This document shows positions 60,836 to 64,000 of a stretch of 64,000 bases of DNA, piece after piece. The notes beneath the pieces were generated by a model. That model saw only the letters and a program-made list of their open reading frames with translations, was not told the origin of the DNA and ran no database searches. The DNA is from SAR86 cluster bacterium AG-422-E19. GTDB lineage: Bacteria; Pseudomonadota; Gammaproteobacteria; Magnimaribacterales; AG-339-G14. Position 1 is the first letter of the stretch; each line of letters starts with the position of its first letter. Both the position numbers and the translations under genes were made by a program. The DNA is taken from the NCBI GenBank assembly GCA_003213595.1, contig QCMR01000002.1, positions 128,015 through 192,014 on the forward strand, read 5' to 3'.

Positions 60836-62470
60836 TTACTTAGAGTTTAACTTAGCAGCTTTAATAAATCCTTTGAAAAGCGGATGTGCATTTATTGGAT
60901 CGGATGTGAATTCAGGATGAAATTGACAACCAATGAACCATTTGTGGTTCTTTATTTCAATTGCTTCGACCAAGGTTTCGTCTTCAGATTTTCCAACTAC
61001 AGTCATACCATTTTTATTAAATGCTGACTCGTAATTGCCATTAAATTCATATCTATGTCTGTGGCGTTCAAAAATTTTGAGTTTTTTGTAAAGCTTCGCC
61101 ATCTTGCTATTTTTCTTTAAATGGCATACCTGACTTCCTAAACGCATAGTACCCCCCTTGTCAGAGTCTTCCGACCTGTACTGAATAAGTCCATCTTCAT
61201 CAAGCCATTCTGTAATCAATCCTATTACTGGATGCTGAGTGTTCTTCTTAAACTCAGTACTGTCAGCATCCAATTTCAATACATTTCTTGCGAATTCTAT
61301 GACCGCAACTTGCATCCCTAAGCATATCCCAAAATAAGGGATGTTATTTTCTCTAGCAAACTTTGCTACGTTAAGCATTCCTTTGACGCCTCTATTTCCG
61401 AATCCTCCTGGAATTAAAATGCCATCAGCTTCTAAATTTTCTACTCCCTTATTGAATCTTTCAGAATCTATATGCTCAATTTTTACGTTTGTCTTATTGT
61501 GGATGCCCGCATGAATTAAAGCTTCATTTACTGATTTATATGAATCTACCAATTCAGTATATTTACCTACCATCGCGATTTTAGTCTCTCCTTTTTGCTC
61601 TGATTCAAGTTTAGTAACCCTTTTCCAGTCATTAAGTTTTGGCTTAGAACACTTTAATTTTAGTTTTTCTACTATTTGCTGATCTAAGCCTTGTTTATTC
61701 ATCATTACAGGGATTGCGTATATTGATGGCACATCAGGTAATGTAAAAACACAATCTTCATTTACGTTGGTAAACAAAGCAATTTTTCTACAATCTGCTT
61801 TTGAAAGATTTTGTTCAGATCGACAAATTAAAATATCTGCTTGCAGACCATGAGATAACAGACTTTTCACTGAATGTTGAGTTGGTTTTGTTTTAGTTTC
61901 TCCTGATGATGCTAAATAAGGAACGAAAGTTAAGTGTGTAAATAGTGTCCTTTCAGATCCCAATTCAAGTTTCATTTGCCTAATTGCTTCTAAAAAAGGT
62001 TGTGACTCAATATCGCCAACGGTTCCACCAATTTCTATAATTGCGATGTCATTATCGCCTGCGCCATAGGCAATTCTTTTTTTAATCTCATCGGTGATAT
62101 GAGGAATCACTTGTACGGTTGAACCTAAAAATTCTCCCTTTCTTTCTCTTTTAAGAACATCTTCATACACTTGACCTGCAGTAAAATTATTTTTATGCGA
62201 CATTTTAGAGTTCAAATATCTTTCATAATGCCCAAGATCGAGATCGGTTTCAGAACCATCTTCTGTAACAAAAACCTCGCCATGTTGAAAAGGACTCATT
62301 GTGCCAGGATCAAGGTTTATGTATGGATCTAGCTTCATCACTGTAACTTTTAACCCTCTACTCTCTAAAAGAGAGCCTAGTGAAGCTGAAAGAATACCTT
62401 TACCGATAGAAGAGACGACTCCACCAGTTACAAATAAGAATTTAGGATTTTTTGAAGCCATCTTTTTCAT
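60836..62470 (-). CDS. pyrG: CTP synthase
   Basis: [13 protein letters not shown] synthetase domain and a glutamine amidotransferase domain with GICLGMQ and the HRHRYE region. Confidence 0.98.
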   Translation of the reverse strand: MKKMASKNPKFLFVTGGVVSSIGKGILSASLGSLLESRGLKVTVMKLDPYINLDPGTMSPFQHGEVFVTEDGSETDLDLGHYERYLNSKMSHKNNFTAGQVYEDVLKRERKGEFLGSTVQVIPHITDEIKKRIAYGAGDNDIAIIEIGGTVGDIESQPFLEAIRQMKLELGSERTLFTHLTFVPYLASSGETKTKPTQHSVKSLLSHGLQADILICRSEQNLSKADCRKIALFTNVNEDCVFTLPDVPSIYAIPVMMNKQGLDQQIVEKLKLKCSKPKLNDWKRVTKLESEQKGETKIAMVGKYTELVDSYKSVNEALIHAGIHNKTNVKIEHIDSERFNKGVENLEADGILIPGGFGNRGVKGMLNVAKFARENNIPYFGICLGMQVAVIEFARNVLKLDADSTEFKKNTQHPVIGLITEWLDEDGLIQYRSEDSDKGGTMRLGSQVCHLKKNSKMAKLYKKLKIFERHRHRYEFNGNYESAFNKNGMTVVGKSEDETLVEAIEIKNHKWFIGCQFHPEFTSDPINAHPLFKGFIKAAKLNSK

Positions 62471-62535
62471 ACAAGATGGTTCATTAGTATATCAGAATAG
62501 TCTAAAGCTATTTAGAAAACTTTATCAGGGATAAG

Positions 62536-63648
62536 TTAGATGGATATAAACTGACCTTCTTCTACTTCTTCCGATTGATCCAGCGGCCTTGAAAGAGAAG
62601 CCCAATCAATTTCTCCATCTGTTGGCCAGTCTTGGTAATCCAGAACACCTAGTTCATCATATAAAGGTTTGACTTTATCAGTTAATAAGCCAATTCTTGC
62701 TAAGTTAGGTACGACTCTTGTAAACAACAAGTGTTGGAAGTTGTTGGTAACATCGGACTTACTTTGAAAAGCAATGGCATCTTCCACATCCCATCCAAAA
62801 TGTTCATATACTTCTGAAGACATCAATCTACCTCTCATCACAACACAAGCCTCATAAGCAAACTGAGCTCTTTCCTCTCTTTCTTCATCAGAAAGGGTTT
62901 TTACAAACTCCTCTAAATAATTTACACCAAACGTCACGTGTCTTGCTTCATCCCTAATGATTAAGTAAAGCATATCTTTAAAAACAGGATCAAAAGTACC
63001 TTGTCTCGCAAGATTAAAAGCAGCAAGAGCAAGCCCTTCTATGATTATTTGCATTCCGATGAATTTGAGGTCCCATCTTGGGTCAGTCAAAATTTTATCA
63101 AGTAAAGACTTAAGACCTGTTCCTACAGGATACATAATTCCAACTCTAGATTGAATGTATTTATTGAATGCTTCAACATGTCTTGCTTCATCAAAGGTTT
63201 GAGAAGCAGCATAAAGCTTTGCATTGAAAGTTGGAGCACAAGATACGAGTTGCGATGCTACTAACAAAGCTCCTTGTTCGCCATGCAAAAATTGGCTTAA
63301 AGACCAAGCTCCTCTATGACTCATGAAAGTGAATTTATCTTCTGTGGAGAGCTTTTGATAAGGTTCGTAATCGTCCCAGAATATAGGAGGAGGTGTATCT
63401 CCTCTTTCAGGTAAAGGTCTGTCCCAATCAATGTCTTTTTCTGCATTCCAATTGAGATCTTTTCCAAGTTCGTAAAGTCTTTTGATTCTATTATCTTGAA
63501 CCGTATAGTCCCAATTGTAAGAACCTGTTAAGGGAGTACTAAAAATCTCAGCTATATCAGTGACTTCTTCCTTAGAAAGGTTGTATTCGTTTTCAACAGG
63601 AAACTCTTTTATGTTTCTTGGGGTTTCTTTTAAAACTTTAATTTTCAT
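62536..63648 (-). CDS. Ferritin-like diiron-carboxylate protein of unknown function (AurF-like oxygenase family suspected)
   Basis: 370 aa. A duplicated E...(29 aa)...ExxH ligand set: E124 / DEARH (E154, H157), then E204 / DEARH (E234, H237). N-terminal ...DIDWDRPLP segment. The family call rests on motif recall only. Confidence 0.5.
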   Translation of the reverse strand: MKIKVLKETPRNIKEFPVENEYNLSKEEVTDIAEIFSTPLTGSYNWDYTVQDNRIKRLYELGKDLNWNAEKDIDWDRPLPERGDTPPPIFWDDYEPYQKLSTEDKFTFMSHRGAWSLSQFLHGEQGALLVASQLVSCAPTFNAKLYAASQTFDEARHVEAFNKYIQSRVGIMYPVGTGLKSLLDKILTDPRWDLKFIGMQIIIEGLALAAFNLARQGTFDPVFKDMLYLIIRDEARHVTFGVNYLEEFVKTLSDEEREERAQFAYEACVVMRGRLMSSEVYEHFGWDVEDAIAFQSKSDVTNNFQHLLFTRVVPNLARIGLLTDKVKPLYDELGVLDYQDWPTDGEIDWASLSRPLDQSEEVEEGQFISI

Positions 63649-64000
63649 AACTTATATACCTTTTTTACGCGATTTGTTATTCCGGTCATTAACGTATAAG
63701 AACTATTATTAGCATATTTAGCCACTGTGTCTACTTCATGGCCTTTACCCCATAAAATAACTTCATCCTTATAACTAATTTTACTTATATTTGATAAATC
63801 AATTGCAACCATATCCATTGAGACTTTACCGATTACCGGTGCTAATTTTCCTTTAATCAATACTTTCCCGCAATTGCTCAAGTTTATTGGATACCCATCA
63901 CCGTACCCTACTGGCAAAATACCTATTTTAGTTCGCTTTTTGGCCTGCCAAGTCCCTTCGTAACCAACCTTTTCTCCTTTTTTAATTTCTTTTAAAGAAA
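63645..64000 (-). CDS. alr: Alanine racemase, C-terminal part (gene runs off the right edge)
   Basis: PVGYGDGYP and ...VSMDM...D motifs of the Alr C-terminal beta domain. The open frame continues to the window end upstream of the Met chosen in the ORF track. Confidence 0.85.
   Translation of the reverse strand, partial: SLKEIKKGEKVGYEGTWQAKKRTKIGILPVGYGDGYPINLSNCGKVLIKGKLAPVIGKVSMDMVAIDLSNISKISYKDEVILWGKGHEVDTVAKYANNSSYTLMTGITNRVKKVYKL

Noticed and set aside
62484-62510. Small inverted repeat TCTAAA-gcta-TTTAGA in the gap between the diiron gene and pyrG, considered as a terminator.
   Set aside because: The stem is only 6 bp and entirely A/T-rich apart from one G/C pair. It is not followed by a T-run on the relevant strand, so it is not credible as an intrinsic terminator.

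Overview
This is a very AT-rich, extremely gene-dense 64 kb stretch of core chromosome. G+C looks like roughly one third by eye and was not computed. By gene content and gene order it is gammaproteobacterial, and the order matches what I recall for Pseudomonas and E. coli. Intergenic gaps are mostly 0-60 nt, and many neighbouring genes overlap by 1-20 nt. I can support about 73 protein genes, one tRNA-Lys(UUU), two pattern-level promoters and one intergenic repeat. The genes are almost all housekeeping: groESL, ampG/ampD, the ispH-lspA-ileS-ribF-murJ block, sdhCDAB-sucCD, der-bamB-yfgM-hisS-ispG-rodZ-ndk, a reduced isc operon, a korAB-type 2-oxoacid oxidoreductase, purC-bamC-dapA, ybgF-pal-tolBARQ-ybgC, yebC-aspS, proS, recA, and pcm-surE-ispF-ispD-ftsB-eno-kdsA-pyrG. 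I see no CRISPR array, transposase, intact integrase, prophage, toxin-antitoxin pair or recognisable defence island, so this is not an accessory region. What stands out is that several conserved syntenic blocks have clean holes or replacements. (1) The ruvC-ruvA-ruvB slot between yebC and ybgC holds a single 135-aa Hjc/T7-endonuclease-I-like PD-(D/E)XK protein. This is my best candidate for something undescribed. (2) sdhB abuts sucC with no sucA/sucB/lpd, while a three-gene NAD(P)H-linked 2-oxoacid:ferredoxin oxidoreductase lies 13 kb away. (3) The isc operon is reduced to iscS-iscU-(fdx::iscA fusion)-iscX, with no iscR or hscBA, and the HscA-docking motif in IscU is degenerate. (4) ProRS lacks the INS editing domain. 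(5) The recA-to-pcm block lacks recX, mutS, rpoS and nlpD. Whether the missing genes exist elsewhere in the genome cannot be decided from this window.
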